A stretch of DNA of 44,896 bases, from UHGV virus genome UHGV-0338188; one strand, 5' to 3'. Below are positions 8,757 through 19,800 of the stretch, in pieces. Both the position numbers and the translations under genes were made by a program. The notes under the pieces were generated by a model, which did not search any database, had not been told where the DNA came from, and was given only the letters and a program-made list of their open reading frames with translations. This DNA comes from a virus. Numbering within the stretch: position 1 is the stretch's first letter; every line of letters starts with the position of its first letter.

Positions 8757-9850
8757 TGAAAATCTTTAAACAACCGAAAATCGAAGTGAAAAACCGTTTC
8801 GGCCAATTGGTCACATTGGAAGAAGCGAATTTCATCGAAACAGTTCGTGAACATGCAAAAAATGAACGCAACATCAGCGAAAATCTTATCAACGAAGATT
8901 CATCCATGATGGTTCGTTCATTCCTGGAAGATAACGGCTTGACAATGGGAGATTTCGACAATTTCTTATCACGTGATGTGAAAGATGCACGTGTTCGTGA
9001 GTTCATTTACAACACAGGGTTAGAACCAGTGTTCACAACAATCGTAGAATCATATGTGCGTGGTCAATATGAATCAGTTGACGAATTAGGCGATCTTGTG
9101 ATGTCACGTGTGCCAATGGATCAAATGACACAAGCTTATTATTCAGCAATCAGCGAAGACGGCGAAGCATATGAAATGGTTATCGTGGCAGAGAGTGCAG
9201 ATATTCCGGTTACTAAACTAGTAACAGATACAAAACACATGATTGTCGCAGAGAAAAAAGGCCGTGGACTTTCATTGACTGATGAATCAGTGAAATCACA
9301 ACGTATCGATCAATTACAAGCATTCTTCCGTAAATTGGGAATTCGCTTGCAAAAATCCGAAGTTAAGCAAGCAATCAGCGTGCTATTAAACGGATATTTC
9401 GGCGATATCGATGCACCACAAACAATCGGTGTGAAAAGCACAACATCTTATGATCTAACTGATTTATGGTTCGCACATCGTGTCATGACGGATGATTATG
9501 GTTTCGTTCCTAACGAATACATCATGAACCGTAAGACAGCAACAGAATATCTAGGATTGAAAGATGGCCAAGGCAATTTCTTCTTTTTACAAAACATTTT
9601 GAATGCATCATTGCCAGAAGGTATCCAAAACGCAAAAATCCGCATCAACGAAGAAATCACAGATGATAAAATCTTGCTTGTGGATAAACGCAATGCCTTG
9701 CAAGAATACGTATTCAAAGACTTATCAAGTGAAACAGAACGTTCAGCAAGCAAACAAGCATCAATAGTCTACACATCTAAGATCAATCAATTCGTTCCGT
9801 TTGAAAAGAACGCACGCATGATCCTAGACTTGAAACAAACACGTAGTTAA
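8756..9850 (+). CDS. major capsid protein
   Basis: 364 aa in the capsid position; followed by a terminator, as is typical for abundant capsid mRNA. Confidence 0.65.
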   Translation: MKIFKQPKIEVKNRFGQLVTLEEANFIETVREHAKNERNISENLINEDSSMMVRSFLEDNGLTMGDFDNFLSRDVKDARVREFIYNTGLEPVFTTIVESYVRGQYESVDELGDLVMSRVPMDQMTQAYYSAISEDGEAYEMVIVAESADIPVTKLVTDTKHMIVAEKKGRGLSLTDESVKSQRIDQLQAFFRKLGIRLQKSEVKQAISVLLNGYFGDIDAPQTIGVKSTTSYDLTDLWFAHRVMTDDYGFVPNEYIMNRKTATEYLGLKDGQGNFFFLQNILNASLPEGIQNAKIRINEEITDDKILLVDKRNALQEYVFKDLSSETERSASKQASIVYTSKINQFVPFEKNARMILDLKQTRS

Positions 9851-9851
9851 G

Positions 9852-9885
9852 CCGGCTATTATAGCCGGTTTCCATTAATTTTTTT
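9852..9885 (+). terminator. terminator-like hairpin after the capsid gene
   Basis: CCGGCTA-TTA-TAGCCGG gives a 7-bp stem, followed by TTTCCATTAATTTTTTT. Confidence 0.45.
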
Positions 9886-9899
9886 AGGTGGTGTAAAAG

Positions 9900-10133
9900 A
9901 TGGCCAAAAAGAGTGAAGAAACAAAGAAGAAAACCAAAGAAGAAGTGAAGCAGGAAGAGAAAGCACCGGAAGAAAAACCAGAACGCTATCGGGCGAAAAA
10001 AGGTTATCCGGTTTTCTATTACAAATATGGCGTGATCGATCACGAATGGCGTGAACTTGATGGAGCAATGCCATTGCTGATGAAGAGAAGAATTGAAGAT
10101 GGTATGATCGAAGTAGAATCAGAGGTGGAATAA
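9900..10133 (+). CDS. hypothetical protein (77 aa)
   Basis: AGGTGGTG RBS; K/E-rich N-terminus. Confidence 0.5.
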   Translation: MAKKSEETKKKTKEEVKQEEKAPEEKPERYRAKKGYPVFYYKYGVIDHEWRELDGAMPLLMKRRIEDGMIEVESEVE

Positions 10134-10135
10134 TT

Positions 10136-10567
10136 ATGTTTATAACCATCGATGATTTGAAAACGAAAGGCCGTTACAAAGAACAACGTTCAAAGATGGC
10201 CGATAATGATCTAAACGATTTACTTGATCGGATCGATATTTATATCGAATCAAGAACCGGATGCAGTAAGTTGGAAGAAACAGACGATCCGAAGATCAAG
10301 AAACGTTTGGCCATCGCATCGATTGGCGTTGCTGATTATCTTTATTTTGTGGATAACGTCATGAAGATCGAACAAAACATGATGGGCGTTAAAAGCGAGA
10401 ACATCGGAGATTATTCTTATTCGCTATCTGATGGGGGTATCGATTACAGTAAGATCGGCAATCCGGAAATCGATAGCATTTTAGATGGTTTGAGTTGTAA
10501 GAGCGAATCAGTGTTCGCATTTAGCATTTCACATCCGGAAAAACACAGATGGGGAAAGCGGTGGTAA
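10136..10567 (+). CDS. head-tail connector (gp6-like)
   Basis: 143 aa; the MFITIDDLKTKGRY... start and gene position are typical of the gp6-like connector family. Confidence 0.6.
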   Translation: MFITIDDLKTKGRYKEQRSKMADNDLNDLLDRIDIYIESRTGCSKLEETDDPKIKKRLAIASIGVADYLYFVDNVMKIEQNMMGVKSENIGDYSYSLSDGGIDYSKIGNPEIDSILDGLSCKSESVFAFSISHPEKHRWGKRW

Positions 10568-10568
10568 A

Positions 10569-10943
10569 ATGTTTGGCGATTTTATGATTCATACAGCAGA
10601 CGTCACGGAACAAATCAAAGATGAGAACACAGGCACAGACGAATTCAATAGACCAATCACAACCGAAAAGACCACGAGGGGAATTGAATGCCGTTTTGTC
10701 ACATCCATTAAGCCGGTTTTAGATGGAGATAAGTCCGGATTACTAGAAACAAGCTATATTCTAGTAGATGCCGACAGCGTTCCGGACATCACTTTCAATC
10801 AAAGCACAACTGTTTCGAACATCCGGCTAAAATCGGATGATTCTATCGTTTCAGAAGGCACATTCACTGTTTCCACCGTTGGCATACAAAATGCCATGAT
10901 GGGCATCCACCACCTAAAAATCTATTTGGAAAGTGGTGGTTAA
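10569..10943 (+). CDS. head-tail adaptor / head closure protein
   Basis: 124 aa; position after the connector. Confidence 0.5.
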   Translation: MFGDFMIHTADVTEQIKDENTGTDEFNRPITTEKTTRGIECRFVTSIKPVLDGDKSGLLETSYILVDADSVPDITFNQSTTVSNIRLKSDDSIVSEGTFTVSTVGIQNAMMGIHHLKIYLESGG

Positions 10944-11363
10944 ATGGCCAAAAAATCGATGGTTGCATTCGGCTTTGATGAAGAAGCCAGGAAATGGATG
11001 AATAACCTAGAAAAGAACGTGCAGAAGGCCTCAAATGATGCAGTCGAAGCGATGGGCATGGTTTGGGCGGATAATGCTAAGCTTATGACTAGGAACGATC
11101 AACATATCGACACAGGGGCATACGTGAACAGCATTGCATATGCCACCAGTTTTCCCGGAAAAGATGGTGGATTCGCAGTTGGTGCAGTGATCAACGAAAA
11201 GAAGGCATTGCACATGATGGAGCAGATCACTCTAGGCAGTGGAGTTTCATATGCGGTTTATCTTGAAAAAAGATATAATATATTTGCACGTTCGTTGGAT
11301 GCTAGTATGGCAGAAATGAAACGTGTCGGCACAGAAGTATTCAAAAGGTCATTGGGGGTGTGA
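10944..11363 (+). CDS. tail component (HK97 gp10-like)
   Basis: 139 aa; position and composition. Confidence 0.5.
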   Translation: MAKKSMVAFGFDEEARKWMNNLEKNVQKASNDAVEAMGMVWADNAKLMTRNDQHIDTGAYVNSIAYATSFPGKDGGFAVGAVINEKKALHMMEQITLGSGVSYAVYLEKRYNIFARSLDASMAEMKRVGTEVFKRSLGV

Positions 11364-11366
11364 TAA

Positions 11367-11735
11367 GTGCAATACAAAGATATCTCGCTAAGCATCGCAC
11401 TTGCGGTCGATCGGGAAATGCCTGGCAAATTCAAATCGATTCGCAAAATGATTGCTGATGATGGGGAAAAACCGCAGTTAGTGGTCAAGATGGCAGGAAC
11501 ACAAACGATCATGCTATCTGTTTACACTGACAAGGCACAACCTGGATCGGATTCATTGGCTTACAGCCTATGTGTGGATGCAGTGAACGTGCTTATCGAT
11601 CCCACAACGGCAATTGATGAAATGATTCAAAGCATCGATTTGCAAAGCACGCCGGATTTGGTAAACGATGCAGATCGTAACGCCTGGCAGGCGTGGTGCT
11701 ATTTGGATGTAACTCATTTATATACAGGAGGTTAG
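11367..11735 (+). CDS. tail completion protein (GTG start)
   Basis: GGGGGTG RBS; position before the major tail gene. Confidence 0.5.
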   Translation: MQYKDISLSIALAVDREMPGKFKSIRKMIADDGEKPQLVVKMAGTQTIMLSVYTDKAQPGSDSLAYSLCVDAVNVLIDPTTAIDEMIQSIDLQSTPDLVNDADRNAWQAWCYLDVTHLYTGG

Positions 11736-11739
11736 GAAA

Positions 11740-11964
11740 ATGGCAAAGGAAGAATCAAAAGCGCCAAAAACAGAAGCGAAATCTAACACATTCAAAGCGA
11801 AAGTGAAAATGCCTGGTTATAGCAAACGAGCAATCGTAACAGCTAAAATCGGCAATAAAGAAATTGCTTTGATGGAAAACGAAGTTATCGAAGTAACACA
11901 ACAAGAGTTCGATCAATTAAACCTTGCAACGTCAAGCGCAGTCAAAATTGAAAAAGTTAAATAA
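11740..11964 (+). CDS. hypothetical protein (74 aa)
   Basis: GGAGGTTAGG RBS. Confidence 0.5.
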   Translation: MAKEESKAPKTEAKSNTFKAKVKMPGYSKRAIVTAKIGNKEIALMENEVIEVTQQEFDQLNLATSSAVKIEKVK

Positions 11965-11980
11965 GAGAGGATGAAGAAAA

Positions 11981-12817
11981 ATGGCAGAAACAGCTTCAAA
12001 CGTGATGAAATGGAACAAATCGGAAATTTTAGGTGGGCCAGGTCGTTTAGTAATCAACGATGATATTTCTTTACGTCCTACAAAAATTTCTGATGTTATG
12101 GAGTTAACAGCGCCATTCGCTTTGAAAGAAGGATGGAGAGATTTAGGAGCAACACAAGAAGGAATCAACATTTCACGTGGTTTCGATACAGAAGATTTCG
12201 AGATCGATCAATCCGTACAACCTATTGATCGCACAATTTCAAGTTTCACAACATCACTAAGCACAACATTAGCACAAGATTCCATCAACAACCGTCAATT
12301 GGCTATGATCGGCGGAACGATCAAAGAAAATGCAGCCACATTAGGAACACCAGTTGCATTGACAGCGCCAACGCTTATCGGTGCGAAAGTGATCAAAGTT
12401 AGTGCAGTCACAGGCATTCAAAAAGATGGTTTTGTAATCATTGGCGATGAAACACGTCAAGTTGCGAACGTTGATGCAGGAACAAAAACAGTGACATTGA
12501 AAAAATCGCTTGAAAAAGCACACGAAGCAGATGCATCAGAAGCAAAATCAGTCACACCAGTTACCGAATTAGGTACAAAAGAAATCGGCTACGGTGCGCC
12601 AAGCGAAATCGATCACTTTCAAACAGCGATCATTTCTAAAATGGACGATGGAACATTGCGCTTGACTGTATTCTACGATACAACATTATCAGGCGATGAA
12701 GTAGAAACAACTTACGGAAAAGACAAGAAAGTCTTGCCAATCGGCTTGACGGCGTTCCCAGTTGATGATCTACCAGAAGACGAAAATGTATTCAAAGAAT
12801 TCCAACAAACAGTATAA
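11981..12817 (+). CDS. major tail protein
   Basis: 278 aa; sits immediately upstream of the chaperone/tape-measure pair. Confidence 0.65.
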   Translation: MAETASNVMKWNKSEILGGPGRLVINDDISLRPTKISDVMELTAPFALKEGWRDLGATQEGINISRGFDTEDFEIDQSVQPIDRTISSFTTSLSTTLAQDSINNRQLAMIGGTIKENAATLGTPVALTAPTLIGAKVIKVSAVTGIQKDGFVIIGDETRQVANVDAGTKTVTLKKSLEKAHEADASEAKSVTPVTELGTKEIGYGAPSEIDHFQTAIISKMDDGTLRLTVFYDTTLSGDEVETTYGKDKKVLPIGLTAFPVDDLPEDENVFKEFQQTV

Positions 12818-12822
12818 GTTTT

Positions 12823-12831
12823 TGCTATAAT
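12823..12831 (+). promoter_or_regulatory. extended -10 promoter element (TGCTATAAT)
   Basis: Consensus TGnTATAAT. Followed by a 10-bp-stem hairpin (12832..12858) and then motif copy 3. Confidence 0.45.
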
Positions 12832-12859
12832 GGTGGTGGCGATATTATTCGCCATCACT

Positions 12860-12873
12860 GTTTCACATGAAAC
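12860..12873. promoter_or_regulatory. motif copy 3 (GTTTCACATGAAAC)
   Basis: Lies 7 nt upstream of RBS AGGAGGG of the tail chaperone gene. Confidence 0.5.
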
Positions 12874-12894
12874 ACCAATCAGGAGGGAAATCAA

Positions 12895-13404
12895 ATGACA
12901 GAATTAGAAAACCAATTGAAAAGCACAGATGTAACAACAAAACCAACTCATATCGAGTTATCAGACGGAAAAGTTATGGCAGTTCCGAAATTAGACGTTG
13001 GGAAAACGTTGGGGCTTGCACGTGTTATCGCAGGCGATGGGTTCGCATTATGGCGCAAGGCGCAAGGCCTATTCACAGAAGTTGAAAAGAAAGATGATTT
13101 TGGCAATCCAATGTTAGATGATGAAGGCCAACCAGTCGTTGAAATCATTGAACCGGAAAACGAACAAATTTTCGCATTCATCGTGGAAAACGTGGGCGAA
13201 GATTTATTGCCAAAAGTATTGGGCATTTTGTTCGGTATCAAAGCAGAAGAAGTCGAAAATATGGAGTTATACGATGCCATTGAATTATTGACAGCTTTAA
13301 TCGATGCGAACGACTTAAAGAAAACTTTTTTAGCAGTGAAGAAACTGACGGAAAAACTAGTATCACGCCAGACAAACGAACCGATAGCAACGCCGGCAGA
13401 TTAA
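12895..13404 (+). CDS. tail assembly chaperone (gpG-like)
   Basis: 169 aa and acidic; lies between the major tail and tape-measure genes. A slippery heptamer sits near its 3' end. Confidence 0.7.
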   Translation: MTELENQLKSTDVTTKPTHIELSDGKVMAVPKLDVGKTLGLARVIAGDGFALWRKAQGLFTEVEKKDDFGNPMLDDEGQPVVEIIEPENEQIFAFIVENVGEDLLPKVLGILFGIKAEEVENMELYDAIELLTALIDANDLKKTFLAVKKLTEKLVSRQTNEPIATPAD

Positions 13405-13808
13405 CATGGAAAGAACAAATTGATTTTTTAAAAGGGATTTTCGAAGCAAACGTGTTGACCATCATCCGACAAGTGGACGAAGTGGCAGACCATTTCAATT
13501 ATACGGATGAATATATCATGGATCATTCGTTGTCCTGGTTAAAAAGAAAATACAGCTTTGCAATGAACAAACAAAAAGATCGATTGGTTCAATCGCAACG
13601 ATCAACATTCAGCGCCATTCAAGCGGTTGTTTCGTCATTCATGGGATCAAAAGTGAACATCGATGAAATACTAATACCACAACGAGAACCATCGGAAGCA
13701 GAGAAACATCTAACGGAATTGCTTGAAAGTCTTAAAGAAGGCAATACGAAGGTTTCCGGCGTTAACGAAGAAGGGTTCGTGGTGGATGAATGGTGGAAAA
13801 CAACATAA
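12895..13808 (+). CDS. tail assembly chaperone frameshift product (gpGT-like), made by a -1 shift at 13326..13332
   Basis: The -1 frame is open from about 13329 to 13808. T_TTT_TTA sits in the zero frame of the gpG ORF. Confidence 0.6.
13326..13332 (+). other. programmed -1 frameshift slippery heptamer TTTTTTA
   Basis: Matches the X_XXY_YYZ pattern in the gpG frame (codons ACT TTT TTA). Confidence 0.6.
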
Positions 13809-13819
13809 ATTTTTGGAAG

Positions 13820-13850
13820 GCTATGAATTTTCGTTCATAGTCTTTTTTTA
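13820..13850 (+). terminator. rho-independent terminator between the chaperone and tape-measure genes
   Basis: CTATGAA-TTTTCG-TTCATAG gives a 7-bp stem, followed by TCTTTTTTATT. Confidence 0.6.
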
Positions 13851-13872
13851 TTAAGAAAGGGGAGAAAATCAG

Positions 13873-16800
13873 ATGGCAGACGGAAAAAGAATCGGTGGTG
13901 CGTTTTTAGATTTTCAAGTGGATTATTCACAGCTAAAAACGTTTCTAAGCACGATGAACAGCCTATCAGACCAGACGAACAAACAAATATCCGGAATCGG
14001 GTCAGTGATCGAATCAACGATCCAGAAAACGAAGAACTTGACGAAGGAAACGGCAAGCGGTGCGAATCAGCAAAAGAATGCCATGAGTAACATCATGACA
14101 CAGTATGCAAACGCATCGAAAAAAGTCGAAGAAATGACCAACAGTATTTCAAAAACAAAATCAACATCATCAAACGCCACAAAATCGATTCTAAGCGATT
14201 CTAAGAGCATAGCAGGAGAATCATCCAAAACAGCTTTTAAAATGTCGCAATCGACATCGCAGGCGTTCGATTCGATGAAAAAAGACAGTCGTTCATTAAA
14301 TCAAACACTTGTAGCCGGAATGAAAGCCAACGTGCAGGAGTTTGGGCAAAGTTTCAAAAATCTAGGCTCGACATTCAGCGGAATCGCATCATCAATCATT
14401 AACACATTCAAAAAGATTCCGTCCGGGATCGCATCGATTCCGAAAACGATCGCAACACAGATGAAAAATCTAGCCGGATCGATTACATCAGGATTCGCAC
14501 GTGCGAAAGATTCGGCAATCTCACAGATAAAGAAAATACCGGATGCAGTACGATCGGCAGGTAATTCAATCAAGACAGGATTTGCAACGGCGTTCAATAC
14601 AGTTGTTTCCACAGCTACGAACGTAGTCAATAAGACGAACAGAGCGATCCAGACATTGCCACAAACGATCTCACGTGCAGGCAGTGCCATCAAGAACGGA
14701 TTTTCGAATGGGATCAAAGCAATTCCACAGATTGCAAGCAACGTGGCCAGGACAGCAGGCAACGCCTTTTCATCCATCGGAACAACCGTGAAGAATGTCG
14801 CATCGGCATCCGGAAGCGCAATGAAATCATTCCTATCCAGTGGGATGCAAAACGTACTTTCGAAAGCACGTTCGGTTTTCCCTGGTGTCAAGAAACAGAT
14901 TCAAGACGGTGTGGACGAACCAGCCAAAACAGCATCACTTTCATTAGGTAAAATCGCAGGTGCTATCGGTGTGATGAAAGTCGCATCCAAAGCCTTTTCA
15001 ATGATTGGATCATCGATGGAAGGTGCGATAAATCGGATCGATACACTAGCAAATGCCGATCGTGTGTTCGAAAACATGGGATTCAAGGCAGAAGAAACAC
15101 AAAAGATGATGCAGGCGCTAAACAAATCAATAACCGGGCTACCTACGGCGCTGAATGATGCCGTTTCCGGCGTTCAGTTGTTAGCATCATCAACAGGGGA
15201 TATAGGCAAATCACAAAAGATTTTCGAAGCGTTGAACAATGGGATTCTAGGGTTTGGCGGATCGGCGGACATGGTAAACAATGCCATCGTTCAGCTATCA
15301 CAATCATTCTCAAATGGGAAAGTCGATGCCGAAACATGGAACTCAATGATCAACAGTGGATTAGGGCCAGCTTTGAATGCTATTGCGAAACAGATGGGCA
15401 AGACGGCCGGAGAATTAAAAACAGGGCTATCAGAGGGTAATATTTCCGTCAAAGATTTCCAAGATCGTTTGATTGAATTAAACGAAAAAGGTGGCGGAGG
15501 ACTGAAATCCTTGCAACAAATCGCACAGGATGCCACAAAAGGGATCAAGACATCCATTGCCAACTTTAAAACGTCAGTGACACGTGGTGTCGCAGAGATC
15601 ATCAAGGCGTTTGACAAGTTTATCACAGCCGTAACAGGCAAAGGCGTTGCGGATTGGATCGGCACGTTTGCATCCGGATTCGAAGCAGGATTGAAGAAAG
15701 TTGCATCCGGATTCGAAGCAGTCACGCCATTAGCTAAGAAGCTTTATGATACGTTGAAACCATTTGCGCCAGTGATCGGCGGAGTGGTGGCCGGTTTGTT
15801 AGCAATGGGCGGAATCAACTCAACAATCTTTGCCATTAGCAAACTATCGGGAGTATTCGCAACGTTTACGAAGGCATTGTGGGCAAATCCAATCGGGTTA
15901 GTTGTCGGCCTTATCGTAACATTAGGCGTTGTATTCTATAACACTTATAAGAAATCAGAAACATTCCGCAAGAGTGTTGATAACTTGCTAAAACCGCTGA
16001 AAAAAGTCGGAGAAATGGCACAGTTAGCAGGCAAGATGATCCAATTGTATTTATTCGGAGAATATACACAGGATAAAGGGGAACAATTTGCTAAAACACG
16101 CAAAGCGTTGGAAGAAATGTTACCAAAACAAGTGGTCGATGCATTTGTAAAACAAATTCAACGTGTTAGCGATGCAAAAGAAAAATTGACGACTATCATC
16201 AAAGCCATATCGTTATCATTCCAAGACTTAAAACCGGAAGAATATGGCGAAAAAATGAAATCTTTACACGATTATCTTGGTCAATTCATTCCACAAGAAC
16301 AATTGAATGCAATTTGGGTCAGAATCGCTAATTTTAACAATGCAATAAACCAGTTCAAAGATCTATTTAGTATTTTCTACGATGCTTTAAAAGGTAATTT
16401 TAAAGATTTTAACCAATTGTATGAGGAATATGGAGATATTTTCGATATTAGTCAACTGTTCGATATAGTATATATTTCTCAAATATTGAATCAAGTAGGC
16501 GATACGTTTAGATCAGCGTTTACGCAGATTAAACAAGCCATTTTGACAGGTATCACAGAAGGCGATTTTACACAGCTTTATACATTGATCCAACAAATAG
16601 CGCCAACGATTATCGGGATGCTATTGGGCGGTATTCCACAGATTGCCATCGCAGGCGGACGGCTATTGCTTTCGATTGCTGATGGTATGGGCTTAAATAT
16701 TCCACAGTTGATCACGAAGCTAACAACAGAAATCTTGCCTAACATCGTTAACACATTGGTAACCGGAGCAATTACATTTGTGAATGTCGGCATCCAATGG

Positions 16801-19800
16801 ATCAATAATATCATTGCCGGCATTAATCAATCATTGCCAACATTATTGCCGATCGCATCGGGTATCATTTCGAACCTGGTAACGTTTATCATGCAGGCAT
16901 TGCCAGTGATCGTGCAAACAGGTTGGACAATCCTTTCAAACTTGATGGATGGGATCATGCAGGCGTTGCCTAACTTGATCAATATTGCCGTTCAATTGGT
17001 GGTATGGCTTGCACAGACCATCGCACAAAACTTGCCGATAATTGTCAACAAGGGTATGGATATCGTTTTAAACTTGTTGCAAGGGATTCTCAAGAAGTTC
17101 CCTGAATGGTGGGAAATGGCAGTCAAGTTGATCATTCAATTTGGCACGAAACTAGCTGAAAACTTTCCATCGATTGTGAAAAAAGGTTGGGAATTGCTGA
17201 CGAAACTTGTGCAAGGGATTGGCGAAAGAATTCCGGCATTGCTTGCAATGGTCGTTCGATTTATGGGCGATATGTTCGGCAAGATATTGGAGTATTTGCC
17301 AGACTTGATCATTTTAGGTGCGAAATTGATCGTTGCTTTGATCAAAGGCTTGTGGGAGTTCGGCAAAGGTTTGGGCGAATTCATCGGCGGATTTTGGGAT
17401 TCACTGAAAAAAGGTTTTGCGCAAATTGATTGGGGCGAAATCGGTCGAAACGTAATTGATGGGATTGTCAAAGGGTTTACAAAAGGATTCAAGAAGGCAA
17501 AAGATGCCGTGACCGAACTTGCAGGAAACATCGGCGGATGGTTCAAAGAAAAAATGGGTATCAAGTCGCCATCACGAGTTATGGCCAAGATTTCTCAATG
17601 GGTGCCGGCAGGGGTAGCAGTCGGAGTGGAAAAAGGTGCGCCATTAGTTGGTGAAGCGATGGATGCATTAACAACCAGAATGACGAAAACTGTACAAAGC
17701 GCCGATCCAACCGTCAAAAATGAAATCAAAGTCGAATCGAAACCAACATCGATGCCAGTAGATACGAAGCAGATCGCAAACGATGGTTCGTTGAATGCAT
17801 CGGCCTTTAATACCGGATTACAAACGATCGTTCCGCAAGTTACGAACACGATCGACACAATGGCGAAGGCAGTTGATACAACTTTGACGAATCAAGTGCC
17901 AGGAATGCTTTCAAGTGGTCGTGAATGGATAGCAACCATGAACAATGGAATTATTCAGACAGTGCCACAGCTTACAACGAGCGTTTCGAGCATGGTCAAT
18001 CAAACAAACAGCAGGATCGATGCGAACGATGCCACAATGACCAGAAACGGAACAGAATGGGGAAGAAACATTCTATCCGGTTTTAATTCGATTTATCCAC
18101 AATTTATCAATCGGGTTGGGCAATTCACAAATGATACTGTTAACCGCTTGAGATCGATCAACAACACTGTTTTATCCATCGGCAGACAATACATGCAGTT
18201 ACTTCTTAACGGAATCAATCAATTGTATGGCACAGTTGTTTCACGTGTAACAGCGTTGGGAAATCAGATGGTTTCGTCCTTAAATTCAAAACGTGGCGGA
18301 TTCTACAATGCCGGAACGTATTTGATGAATGGACTAATATCCGGAATAAACGCCGTCAAAGGTTCGCTTAATACGACAATGAACAGCGTTGCAAATGCGA
18401 TGGTCGGAGGAATCGGAAAAGGTGTGAACGGCGTTGCTAGTGGTGTAAACTACATCATGGGTCAAGTTGAATCGAAAAAACGGATCAACAGTTGGAACAT
18501 TCCGAAATATGCAAGTGGTACTGACGGCCATCCAGAAGATGGATTTGCAATGGTCAATGACCAACCAGGATCAAATTATCATGAGATCGTTCAACGTCCG
18601 AACGGCGAAACGTTTATCCCTAAAGCAAGAAATGCAGTGTTATGGTTAGAAAAAGGATCGAAGGTCGTCAAAGCATCAATGACGAAGCAAATCCTTAAAG
18701 CTAGAAAAAACGCCATTCCACGATATAAAAACGGTGTCGGGGATATCGATGTGGCAGATTTCATCGATGATGAAGATGCATTGAAACGATTTTTCCAAAG
18801 CAAAGTGAATTATTCGCAAATTAAGTCGCCGTGGAACGGTATGACAAAAACAGCCGTCAACATGATCGGCCATGCATCAAATGACATGATACAAACGGCG
18901 TTGAGTGATTTCTTTAGTCACGGCAATTTCGATGGATCATTGTTTGCAGGCGGTGGAGCGTTCAACAACGTTTACACGTATCTTGTAGACGTAGCGCAAA
19001 AACTCATGACGAAGTTCCCTGGTTTAGTTCCTACATCCGGTTACCGCCCGGGCGATGCTTATTATCACGGAAAACACCAGGCAATCGATTTGGCTTATCC
19101 TGGAGTTTCAAACGATCCAAGATATACCACGATCGCAAATTACGCTTTTGAGAAATTCAAGAATCAAATTGCTTACGTCATTACAAATGGCCGAGTGCGT
19201 GACCGCATGGGGCTATCCGGCACAGGCGCATCCGGCAATTGGGTAACATGGCCAGCTCACGATCACTTTGACCATATCCATCTAAACGGAGCATTTGGCG
19301 GTGGCCAGTTGCAAAGCGGTGGTGGCGGTGGCGTTGAAAAATGGCGTGGCCTAGCTATCAAAGCGTTAAGAATGGAAGGACAATATTCGCCGGCCAATCT
19401 TAATGCACTATTGAATCAAATGCGGACAGAATCAAACGGCGATCCGAACGCTATCAATTTGTGGGATCCGAACGCCCTTAAAGGAACGCCATCAAAAGGA
19501 TTGATGCAGGTTATCGATCCAACGTTCCGGGCTTATGCACGTCCGCCATATAATAAAAATATCTTTGATCCTATTTCGAACATCCTGGCATCGATCAGAT
19601 ACACGTTGAGAACGTACGGCAGTTTAATTGCTGGATGGCGTGGTGTAGGCTATGCAAACGGCGGAATGGTCACAAAAGATGGGCTTTATAGAATGGGCGA
19701 AGGAAACAAAGCTGAAATGGTTATACCATTGACCAAGCCACAAAGAGCGATGGAATTAATTATGCAAGCCATCCAATATATGGGCGGTGGCGGATTGATC

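Noticed and set aside
14301-14891. 196-aa minus-strand ORF, and many other 60-210-aa minus-strand ORFs in the track, for example 17136..17588, 37286..37921, 35517..35948, 15291..15725 and 40854..41237
   Set aside because: Each lies wholly antisense to a + strand gene with strong coding signals. None has an RBS. Their composition is low-complexity or off-frame-like. All credible genes except one small RHH are on the + strand.
18237-18250. Identical 15-mer GTTTCACGTGTAACA at 18236 (inside the tape measure gene) and 31890 (inside the HTH gene), resembling the leader motif
   Set aside because: Both are in frame and encode the same pentapeptide VSRVT. They lie deep inside coding sequence with no promoter or RBS context. 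They are probably coincidental or codon-driven; mentioned only as possible weak secondary sites.
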